This document shows positions 18,131 to 25,810 of a DNA stretch of 64,000 bases, in pieces. The stretch comes from Flavobacteriales bacterium (lineage in GTDB: Bacteria; Bacteroidota; Bacteroidia; CAIKAF01). The notes under the pieces were generated by a model, which was not told the DNA's origin, ran no database searches, and worked only from the letters and a program-made list of their open reading frames with translations. The stretch is taken from contig JANWWQ010000005.1 of NCBI GenBank assembly GCA_025055635.1, positions 16,299-80,298 of the forward strand, written 5' to 3'. The position numbers and the translations under genes are program-made. Each line of letters opens with the position of its first letter. Positions within the stretch are counted from its first letter, which is position 1.

Positions 18131-20656
18131 TCAGAAACGCAGATATAGAGATGGTTTTATAGCCCACGCGTGGGCAAATTTCATATTCTCCCGATAAGTG
18201 ACGCGCCAAAGAACATCTACCCGAAGCACCTTAAAAATATTTTCTAATCCAAAGCCTGTTTCCCAATAAGGAATGCGAGCATCCAGATTTTTAAGTCCGT
18301 TGGGAAAAATGAGGGGGTAATTCCGGTTCATTGGATCTAAATATCCAAATAAAATTTTATTGATCAGAAACTCTCTAAGCTTTAATTTCTTGATACCAGG
18401 AATACGGTTAAAAAAGAACCCTTCAAAATGATTTTCCATGTAGAAAGCAAAATACCGGTCGCTCACAAATTCATAAAAGCGCATTAAATTAAAAGCCGCC
18501 TCATCATTAACAATATTCTGATTGGCCAAGTGAATTTCCATCATGTAATAGGGAACACGGCCCCAGGTGCGTCCACCTTCTAACATATAATCAATATAAC
18601 CTAGTTTACTCACTCTGAGGCGATGGTTAATTTGCAGTTTTGCTCGCAGGAAATCAAAGTCGCTGCCCAAGACACCGGCGAAGCCCTTTCCCACCTCGCC
18701 GGCTACCACGGGATACTTATTGATGAATACGCGGCGTCTGAAATCGCTGCTGAGAATTCTTTCGCGAAATGCAAAGCGCAGATTAAAGCGGATTTCAGCA
18801 TTTTGGAGGCTGGGAAATTCAGCAAGGTCTCCCGAAGCATTCAGTGTGAGAAAACGGAAGGTGCCCCGCGGCGCCACATCACGATAAATAATTGACAAGC
18901 GGGTCACAAAGCCGGCAAACCAATTATGCTCATACCAAAGCATCCCTTCCCGTGTGAGCGTGAGGCGGTCAAAAGGTCCGGTGCGGAAAAGGGCTGTCAT
19001 GAAGTGATCTACGGAAAGGGCATTGTTACTCAAACCAATTTGTTCCATGTCGTATTTATAAGATACCCCCACATTATGCCTACGTCTAAACATACTGAGC
19101 GGGTAATAGATTAATTCGGCTCCATACTTTACCGTACGGTCCGTAAAGCCATAAGCCCCCCAAATATTTCCTTCTACGTACTTGCTCAGGAAACGATTGG
19201 TGCGGGCCCCCAGCTTAGCCCGCCAACCCTCCGAAGGATTCCAGCTCACAAATGTGTGAATGTTTCCAATATCAAACTTCCCCACCCGCGCATAACCAGA
19301 ACCAATAATGCGTACTGCTTCCTTCAGGAATTTGAAATATTTGTTTTTGTTCAGGCTATCTACCATTTTATAGATATTTTCTTCGCGTTTCACCAAAGCT
19401 TCGTGGCGTACGGACCGCCAGAAATTTTCATCGCGCTGGTCGGCACCTTCTGTTACAATAATGTTGTCCACGCCTGTGTATACAGAGGGGTCAGCCGGTT
19501 CGTTCAGTTTCACTTTTCGGTATGATGTGGTTTTTCGGGCCAATACCCCCATGAGATTTTTTTCCTTTTCTAGAATTGTGAGGTCAGCAATGATGGCGGT
19601 ACGGGAAAGGAACCAACGCCCTTCGGGCAAGCGCTCAAAAATTTGTTTTATACGGAAAGCCCTCACGTAGTTAATATTACTTTTTTCGGCGAAACGCATA
19701 TCCACGTCTTTCACCGCAAAGTCCTCGGCATCAATAAGCAGTGTGCCTTCAAATCCGATATCCCGTTCGTTGCGAGGCTTAAAGTTGATAAGATATGTTA
19801 GCCTTCCATCAATGTGCAGGCTGTCATCAAGGTAATACCTGTAGTACAGGTTCAGGGCAGGGTTAAGCGGACTGGGAAAGTTTTTATTAAAAATCACATT
19901 GAAGTCCTTATAAATGTCCACCTTGAATCCCATATCGCTCAACACCTGCACCAGCTTGGGATTCTGCACTCCCGAGAACTTGCTGCCTCGAATGTATTCC
20001 CTTTCCGACCGGGGCTCACGTCGGTAATAAAAGTCTGAGATGGTTTCCGAAATAAATACGGGTAATATGGCCTTTCCTTCTTGAGTGGTATCTACATTTT
20101 CAAAAATGAAATCTATAGGCTTAAGCAAAAAACTACGGGTTAGTTTTTTATTGAAATCATGGATATCAAATTCCATTTTATTGTACACCTCATATTGATA
20201 AAAATCCAATCCCTCCAGTCTATGGAATTCCTTTCGTTCATGGACTTTGCGAAGGATGCGGAAAGCGGGATTTTCACCGGGTTTAATCACCACCGGTCCT
20301 ATTTCTACCGTAACCGGAACAAGTGTTACATACAGGGGCTGCCCATCATACCGGGCAGCTACTATGCGGGCTTTGTACCCTACGGCGGAAATTTTAAGGC
20401 TGTCATGGGGCTTGCGAGCCTCTAACTTAAAGTACCCGGCCGTGTCGCTCATGGTGCCCACCAGCGTGCCCTTGAACACGATATTTGCGAAAGGAACGGG
20501 CTCGCCCGTCTTTTCGTTGACAACTCGGCCCGTCACGCGGTATGGAAGTTGTCCCCGCGCAGCGGGTAACCCCGCTAACAGCCACACCACAACCTTTAAA
20601 ACAAACAGCAACCTGATGGGAAGGCTACACTTTATTGAGAATGTCATTCCGGTCAT
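18131..20656 (-). CDS. carboxypeptidase-regulatory-like domain + DUF5686-type outer-membrane protein
   Basis: The track ORF extends to 20818 over the upstream gene. ATG at 20656 overlaps the upstream stop as ATGA and gives the signal peptide MTGMTFSIKCSLPIRLLFVLKVVVWLLAGLPAARGQ. The next segment, YRVTGRVVNEKTGEPVPFANIVFKG...GYFKLEA, is a CarboxypepD_reg-like domain. The large remainder ends ...AIKPSLYLRF with an aromatic terminus. Confidence 0.6.
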   Translation of the reverse strand: MTGMTFSIKCSLPIRLLFVLKVVVWLLAGLPAARGQLPYRVTGRVVNEKTGEPVPFANIVFKGTLVGTMSDTAGYFKLEARKPHDSLKISAVGYKARIVAARYDGQPLYVTLVPVTVEIGPVVIKPGENPAFRILRKVHERKEFHRLEGLDFYQYEVYNKMEFDIHDFNKKLTRSFLLKPIDFIFENVDTTQEGKAILPVFISETISDFYYRREPRSEREYIRGSKFSGVQNPKLVQVLSDMGFKVDIYKDFNVIFNKNFPSPLNPALNLYYRYYLDDSLHIDGRLTYLINFKPRNERDIGFEGTLLIDAEDFAVKDVDMRFAEKSNINYVRAFRIKQIFERLPEGRWFLSRTAIIADLTILEKEKNLMGVLARKTTSYRKVKLNEPADPSVYTGVDNIIVTEGADQRDENFWRSVRHEALVKREENIYKMVDSLNKNKYFKFLKEAVRIIGSGYARVGKFDIGNIHTFVSWNPSEGWRAKLGARTNRFLSKYVEGNIWGAYGFTDRTVKYGAELIYYPLSMFRRRHNVGVSYKYDMEQIGLSNNALSVDHFMTALFRTGPFDRLTLTREGMLWYEHNWFAGFVTRLSIIYRDVAPRGTFRFLTLNASGDLAEFPSLQNAEIRFNLRFAFRERILSSDFRRRVFINKYPVVAGEVGKGFAGVLGSDFDFLRAKLQINHRLRVSKLGYIDYMLEGGRTWGRVPYYMMEIHLANQNIVNDEAAFNLMRFYEFVSDRYFAFYMENHFEGFFFNRIPGIKKLKLREFLINKILFGYLDPMNRNYPLIFPNGLKNLDARIPYWETGFGLENIFKVLRVDVLWRVTYRENMKFAHAWAIKPSLYLRF

Positions 20657-21891
20657 TGTGGAGTGGCAGGAGGAATTTTCAACTTTCTGGTCCTTTGGAA
20701 TTCTCGTATAACATATAAGAGTGGCATGGCCAGGGCAAAAGTGGCCATACCGGCACAGATTCCAAAAGCCACCGACCCGTAAAAGTACTGCAAGCCTCCC
20801 ATCACAACGGTTTTCCACGGATCGGCCATGAGGTAATCAGGTTGAAGCTTTAATCGTTGATGGGGAGGGACGAGGAGGGCCCCGAATTCCAAACTCCCCC
20901 ATATGATGAATGGCAGCATGGGGGGCGATGAGATGTGGGAACTGATCACAGCCAGTCCTTTATTTAATTTCAAAAGATGAGCCAATAATGCGGCACATAC
21001 CATTTGCCAGCCCCATATTGGTACTATGCCCATACAGACACCCAGGCCTATACTGGCCGATTTTTTCCACAAAGGTTCTTCTTTGCTGAATACATGCCGC
21101 CGCAGGAAGGTTTTGATGGCACGCCAGCTCAAACGACGACGCATGACCACCCAATGCCCATAAAAGAACGCGCCGATAACCAGCCAGAAATTCATCAGGG
21201 AAATGCGCATAAAATCCTTCAGGGGCCTGAAAAAACTGACTCTCTCTTCGCGAGGGGGATATATCACCGCCACCGGTTCACCGAGGATGAGAATTCCCTT
21301 CCAGGCAGCTTTAACAAGCACTTCCACTTCGAACTCGTAGCGCGTGCCCCAAAAGCGCATCTTGCTAATTGCTTTCAAGGGATACACACGAAACCCGCTT
21401 TGAGTATCGGGTAGTCTTTGCAGGGTTTGAATTGCAAACCATAAATTAGAAAACCGATTGGCGAACTTAGCCGCGGCCGATTGGCTCATCCCTTTCATTT
21501 GCCTTACCCCCACAATAAGCGCACCTGGATGTTGCTCCAGGGCTTTCAAAAGAGCTAGGCTTTCTTCAGGTATATGCTGCCCGTCAGCGTCTATCGTGAG
21601 GGCGTAATGAAACCCTAAGCTCAAAGCTTTTTCAAAGCCCTTCCTTAGGGCGTAGCCTTTGCCACGGTTCGGTTGATAGCTCACCACCTCTACTCCGCAG
21701 CGTTGAGCAATTCGTTCCGAGCCGTCAGTACTGCCATCTGAAACGGCAATGATGGTGGTTTGAAATCGCTTTAACCTGTTAAGAACGCCCTCCAAGTGAC
21801 GGCTGTTGTTATAAAACGGCACAATTACACACACGCCCAGGTGCTGGCAAAGACTTGATATTTGTCCAACAACACTCAGGGGCTGGCTCAT
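20653..21891 (-). CDS. family-2 glycosyltransferase fused to a DUF2062-like membrane domain
   Basis: 412 aa. GT2 blocks VIVPFYNNSRHL, SDGSTDGS and LTIDADGQH. The C-terminal ~170 aa have several TM helices. The start overlaps the upstream stop as ATGA (21888-21891). Confidence 0.75.
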   Translation of the reverse strand: MSQPLSVVGQISSLCQHLGVCVIVPFYNNSRHLEGVLNRLKRFQTTIIAVSDGSTDGSERIAQRCGVEVVSYQPNRGKGYALRKGFEKALSLGFHYALTIDADGQHIPEESLALLKALEQHPGALIVGVRQMKGMSQSAAAKFANRFSNLWFAIQTLQRLPDTQSGFRVYPLKAISKMRFWGTRYEFEVEVLVKAAWKGILILGEPVAVIYPPREERVSFFRPLKDFMRISLMNFWLVIGAFFYGHWVVMRRRLSWRAIKTFLRRHVFSKEEPLWKKSASIGLGVCMGIVPIWGWQMVCAALLAHLLKLNKGLAVISSHISSPPMLPFIIWGSLEFGALLVPPHQRLKLQPDYLMADPWKTVVMGGLQYFYGSVAFGICAGMATFALAMPLLYVIREFQRTRKLKIPPATPQ

Positions 21892-22304
21892 TTCCTCAAT
21901 ATACCCTTGAGGGAAAGAATTTGAACTTGCTCGGAAAATACAGAGGCTTCCACCTTCAGAGCATGTCCCTCTAAAGCTTCTGTTCTCACCCTCATACGCG
22001 CACGGGGAAAGGCTTCAGGAGTCCAGGGTTTGAAAAATTTGGCCCTGTGAATCTCAGTCCAACACAATGGGTGGCCAATAAGGCCTTCGCAGACCCTGCG
22101 CACCAGGAAAAGCTGCATCACTCCGGGCACTACAGGCATACCCGGAAAATGTCCCATCAATATAGGATGATCTGCATTTAATGTCACCTCCCATTCCCCT
22201 CTTTCCCCATCATCTCCGGGCACTTGGCTTAGATGGAAAAGAAAGTCCGGAGACTCTGGAGATTCCAAATGGGGTAAACCCATCTTAAAAGAGTTTTTCC
22301 ACAA
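21888..22304 (-). CDS. FabZ/FabA-like hotdog-fold dehydratase
   Basis: 138 aa. ILMGHFPGMPVVPGVMQLFLV matches the HxxxxPxxPG active-site region of 3-hydroxyacyl-ACP dehydratases. Confidence 0.65.
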   Translation of the reverse strand: MWKNSFKMGLPHLESPESPDFLFHLSQVPGDDGERGEWEVTLNADHPILMGHFPGMPVVPGVMQLFLVRRVCEGLIGHPLCWTEIHRAKFFKPWTPEAFPRARMRVRTEALEGHALKVEASVFSEQVQILSLKGILRK

Positions 22305-22513
22305 AGGTATGGACTATCACCTGCAACCCATTGCCTTTGAAAACAAACCATGGAATTTCTCAATTTTGAATTTAAATCTTAAACGATTACCCGTCATTAT
22401 ATCTAATGTGAATAAGACCTGCGACCTTATTTTTTTCCATGAACAATTGAAAGATTGATGAGGTTCTGATGGGCCGTTTTGGTGATATATTTAATTCCTT
22501 GAAACCAGTTTTG

Positions 22514-22521
22514 TAATTTTG
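22514..22521 (+). promoter_or_regulatory. -7 promoter box TAATTTTG for tonB-like gene
   Basis: Perfect TAnnTTTG, 69 nt upstream of ATG 22591. Confidence 0.4.
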
Positions 22522-22590
22522 GCTTGCAAAATATCTCCTGTTTTTTGAACGTTTTTTCATCTCTGCTTTATTAGTTCAAATACTGAAATT

Positions 22591-23331
22591 ATGCAACCGA
22601 GACAACATCCTTCGGCCGATATCCAGAGCAAAAGGGGGCTTTACAAAGCTCTAGGCTACGTGGTGGCCCTCTCAATATTACTTCTTGCCTTTGAGTGGAA
22701 AACCTACACAGTTTTCATTAAGAATACCCTCAATATCAAGAGCTCCGGCGAAGAGATGCAAATTGAGGCAGTGATTATTCCCAATACTCCTCCGCCTCCT
22801 CCTGCTGCCGCTCCACCCCCACCAGAAGTGGCCGACGTCATTGAACTGGTGGAAAACAATAAGGAAATTGAAAATGAACTTGAGGTGCAAAGCGCCGAAG
22901 CCCCCGATGTGCTCAATGTGCCTGTTTCTTCAGGGCCTGTAGGCGATCCCCAACCTGCTGAAGAAATCAAGGACGATGAGGTGTTTATGGTGGTTGAAGA
23001 AATGCCGCGTTTCGCAGGTTGCGAATCCATCAAAGACGAGGAAAAAGCCACTGAATGCTTTAACAAGGAGATAGCTAAATTTCTAGGAAAAAATATCGTT
23101 TACCCTCAGCGGGCCAAAGAAGCTAATGTGGAAGGTACGGTCTACGTATCATTTGTAGTGGGTACAGATGGCTATGTGAAAGATGTTAAGCTGCTGAGAG
23201 GTATTGGTTTCGGCTGTGATGAGGAGGCTCTCCGTGTGATCAGTAAGCTGCCCAGATTTGTACCTGGTAAACAAAGAGGGCGGCCCGCTCAGGTGGCCTA
23301 CAATATTCCCATTAATTTTAAGCTGCGTTGA
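22591..23331 (+). CDS. tonB: energy transducer TonB
   Basis: 246 aa. It has an N-terminal TM, a Pro-rich spacer PNTPPPPPAAAPPPPE, and a C-terminal TonB_C block YPQRAKEANVEGTVYVSFVVGTDGYV. Confidence 0.85.
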   Translation: MQPRQHPSADIQSKRGLYKALGYVVALSILLLAFEWKTYTVFIKNTLNIKSSGEEMQIEAVIIPNTPPPPPAAAPPPPEVADVIELVENNKEIENELEVQSAEAPDVLNVPVSSGPVGDPQPAEEIKDDEVFMVVEEMPRFAGCESIKDEEKATECFNKEIAKFLGKNIVYPQRAKEANVEGTVYVSFVVGTDGYVKDVKLLRGIGFGCDEEALRVISKLPRFVPGKQRGRPAQVAYNIPINFKLR

Positions 23332-23339
23332 CCCCTCCA

Positions 23340-24299
23340 ATGAGAAGCTCCGCATGGAGCTCCGGCAAACAGCGAAAACTACTCCAACTACCCTCCTTGA
23401 GAAAGGAGGGTTTTTTATTTTTTGTTGTCGTTTATGGATTATTTCCTGCGACCCTGGGTTTAGGACAGCCTCATAAAACAGAAAAACGTCCGCTAAAAAA
23501 AGAAGGAAGGGAGTTTCCTAAAACCAACCAGGTCACTCTGGGTATAGAACCGGCCCTAATTTTTCCAGTGGGGCTGTTAGGAAATAACGCGCTTACTGCC
23601 CTTAATAGCAATAATTTGGTGCGTTTTGAACTGCAACCACTTCTATCTTTTAGGGCAGGCATTAACCTGCGTTACGACCTTTTCCGTCTTCGGAAAAGCC
23701 CTTTGAGTAATCAATTTTCACTCTGCAGTGGCATGTATTTTTCCCAAAGGCGTTGGAGAGCTTTGGTGGAGGATATAGGCCAATCTCCATCAGGCTTTAT
23801 CCCCATTGGAAAAGATGAATTACGATTTATTGCATATGAAATACCCTTAATGCTTCAGCTTCACCTGCGCGCCTCCGAGCAGATATGGCTTCAGGCGGGT
23901 ACAGGAACTGCCCTGGAGTTTTTTCCCAGCCATGCGTATGTTCCTGATGAGGCCTTGACCACGCCGCCTCATGAAGGATACTGGGTGTGTTATCTGGCGC
24001 GCAAACAGCTCCTGGTGCCCGCCTTTCGGATGCAGTTGGGCGCTGAATGGCGAACGGAAAAAGCGGGTTATTTCGGGCTGGGAATAATGTACCACCTGCC
24101 TTTACCGCGGATGGGGGATGCCTTTTGGCGGGCCGACGTACGGGATGAAACGGTCCATCCTTACCCTTCACCTGAGCGCCCCGCAGGTAATCCTGATCTC
24201 CCCATGCGCGTGAGCGGCAGCTACTTTTCTTTGGAACTGAAATATTTCTTAAAACCCAGTCGCGGTCGCCTCAGTCAGAATTTTCAGTCCGTACCGTAA
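23340..24299 (+). CDS. hypothetical outer-membrane beta-barrel protein
   Basis: The track ORF starts at TTG 23328 inside the tonB stop. The first ATG at 23340 gives a signal-like N-terminus (KQRKLLQLPSLRKEGFLFFVVVYGLFPATLGLGQ). The start is uncertain because a strong terminator hairpin lies inside these codons. Confidence 0.4.
   Translation: MRSSAWSSGKQRKLLQLPSLRKEGFLFFVVVYGLFPATLGLGQPHKTEKRPLKKEGREFPKTNQVTLGIEPALIFPVGLLGNNALTALNSNNLVRFELQPLLSFRAGINLRYDLFRLRKSPLSNQFSLCSGMYFSQRRWRALVEDIGQSPSGFIPIGKDELRFIAYEIPLMLQLHLRASEQIWLQAGTGTALEFFPSHAYVPDEALTTPPHEGYWVCYLARKQLLVPAFRMQLGAEWRTEKAGYFGLGIMYHLPLPRMGDAFWRADVRDETVHPYPSPERPAGNPDLPMRVSGSYFSLELKYFLKPSRGRLSQNFQSVP
23390..23423 (+). terminator. rho-independent terminator after tonB
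   Basis: ACCCTCCTT-GAGA-AAGGAGGGT (9-bp stem) followed by TTTTTATTTTTT, 59 nt after the tonB stop. Confidence 0.7.
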
Positions 24300-24310
24300 T
24301 TTTTAAAAGT

Positions 24311-25162
24311 ATGAGGTCTACCGTTAGATTGGATCAATTGCTCGTGAAAAGGGGTTTTTTTGAATCCCGTTCCCGGGCCCAGTGGGCCATACGAGAAGGA
24401 CTTGTCCGAGTGAACGGCACTGTGGTAGAGAAAGCTGGCTCCATGGTTCCGGAAACGGTTTGCCTGGAAGTAGACGACCATCCCAGTTTTCGTTATGTGG
24501 GTTTCGGTGGGTATAAACTGGAGACCGCTTTGCGGGATTTTTACCTCTCGCCCCGTGGCTTACATGTCATGGATGTGGGCTCCTCCACCGGCGGCTTTAC
24601 AGATTGCTTGCTCCAGCAAGGAGCCGTTCGCGTGGCGGCGGTGGATGTGGGCACAGGCCAGCTCCATCCCCGTCTTCGTCAGGATCCCCGGGTGCTTTAC
24701 TTTGAAAAAACTGATATCCGCAACCTTAATGTCTTCTATCGGGCCGCCCTCATGACGGTGGATGTATCTTTTATTTCCGTCACCCATATTCTTTCAGCTT
24801 TACAAAATTTTCTGGACGACGATGGTTACCTGCTGATACTCATCAAACCACAGTTTGAACAGGAGGTCAGAATGAAATTCCGCAATGGTATTATCCGCAA
24901 TCCGGAAATTGTGGCAGCTGCTGTACGACGTGTGGTGGAAGCCGCCGAAAACGAAGGGTTTTATGTCCGGGATGTGACTCTAGCTCCTTTGGATGAGGAA
25001 AAAAACATTGAGGTTTTTGCGCTTTTCAGACCTTTCGGGCCCGGATTTAAAGAACGTGTGGTGGCAAAAACCCTTCATTTACTGCGACCTGAGTCACAAG
25101 GATCGCGATCCCAAATCAAACCTTATTATCCTCCCGGCCATCCCAAAGCTGTACTTCGCTGA
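24311..25162 (+). CDS. tlyA: TlyA-family rRNA (cytidine-2'-O)-methyltransferase
   Basis: 283 aa. S4-like N-terminus RLDQLLVKRGFFESRSRAQWAIREGLVRVNG, then YVGFGGYKLETAL and DVGSSTGGFTDCLLQQGA (FtsJ fold). The last ~30 aa look like read-through into degenerate DNA. Confidence 0.85.
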   Translation: MRSTVRLDQLLVKRGFFESRSRAQWAIREGLVRVNGTVVEKAGSMVPETVCLEVDDHPSFRYVGFGGYKLETALRDFYLSPRGLHVMDVGSSTGGFTDCLLQQGAVRVAAVDVGTGQLHPRLRQDPRVLYFEKTDIRNLNVFYRAALMTVDVSFISVTHILSALQNFLDDDGYLLILIKPQFEQEVRMKFRNGIIRNPEIVAAAVRRVVEAAENEGFYVRDVTLAPLDEEKNIEVFALFRPFGPGFKERVVAKTLHLLRPESQGSRSQIKPYYPPGHPKAVLR

Positions 25163-25189
25163 GGTCCACCAGCCTTTTCCAGATGGCTT

Positions 25190-25768
25190 ACACCACAAAA
25201 CCCACTGTGTTGCGCCCATTCATTTTTTGCTACCCCCTGAGGCCAATACTTTCAAAGAAGGTGCGTTCACTCAGGCGCATTTCATCGGCCATTTTGAGAA
25301 AATTTTTCTGATTAGATTTCAGACGAACGATATCCATCTACCGCAGATTAGAATGGCCATTGCGCTACTCCTTGCGCAGGTTTTTATTATTCCTTTAAAG
25401 CCTGAATAGAAAGGCCGCGGAAATCTCCGTGCAGAAATACTCTTCCCCGCGGCCCACGGTCAATACCGCGCTTTTTAATTCATCAGCGGTGGTGTTTTTC
25501 AAAAAATGTGACCGAATCCCAAAATAAAACATTTCAGCCTCGTGCTTTTAATCGTCATTAACAGAAAAAATCAAAAAATGCCCTATTTCTCATTGTATTT
25601 AAGAATTTCCCGGACGGCTTAAATACCGATGATTTGGGTAATCTTAATTTCCAAATAACATATTAAGGATTTTTTTCCTAAGCCAGTACTTATTGGCTCA
25701 CATGTCCCTATTGTTTTTCGGCAAATGGACGCGACAGCAGCGCAAAGGGCGCTAGTTTGGTTAACCAT
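25190..25768 (-). pseudogene. decayed NarL/LuxR-family response regulator
   Basis: Minus-strand translation gives three recognisable fragments. 25768..25619 reads ...GTCEPISTGLGKKSLICYLEIKITQIIGI then TAA. The same frame continues AVREILKYNEK(TAG)GIF(TGA)FFLLMTIKS. A frameshifted piece at 25532..25395 reads GIRSHFLKNTTADELKSAVLTVGRGEEYFCTEIS. 25337..25230 reads KSNQKNFLKMADEMRLSERTFFESIGL. Their order and content match the receiver domain, linker and LuxR-type HTH. Confidence 0.5.
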
Positions 25769-25786
25769 TTTATCAGATTATATGTT

Positions 25787-25794
25787 TACCTTTG
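25787..25794 (+). promoter_or_regulatory. -7 promoter box TACCTTTG for deiminase gene
   Basis: Perfect TAnnTTTG, 16 nt upstream of ATG 25811. This supports ATG 25811 over the track TTG 25757. Confidence 0.5.
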
Positions 25795-25810
25795 GTCTAT
25801 CAATAAAAAT

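Noticed and set aside
20247-20711. 154-aa plus-strand ORF opposite the DUF5686/GT2 junction
   Set aside because: It is a shadow frame opposite two coupled, well-supported minus-strand genes.
18131-20818. N-terminal extensions of track ORFs that run into the upstream gene (18131-20818, 37014-38225, 39059-40375, 6510-7097, 46940, 49336, 38446, 5986, 12141)
   Set aside because: In each case an internal ATG gives a canonical N-terminus or signal peptide. It also removes a long overlap, leaving either an ATGA/short overlap or a position just downstream of a TAnnTTTG box. The extended parts have no protein-like features.
22241-22250. GAAAGTCCGG, resembling the conserved GAAAGUCCGGGC core of RNase P RNA
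   Set aside because: It lies inside the FabZ-like coding sequence. The surrounding sequence has none of the other RNase P conserved regions.
24993-25409. 138-aa plus-strand ORF overlapping the tlyA end and the following gap
   Set aside because: It overlaps the tlyA 3' end in another frame. The rest is the reverse-strand shadow of the decayed response-regulator gene, which explains the region better.
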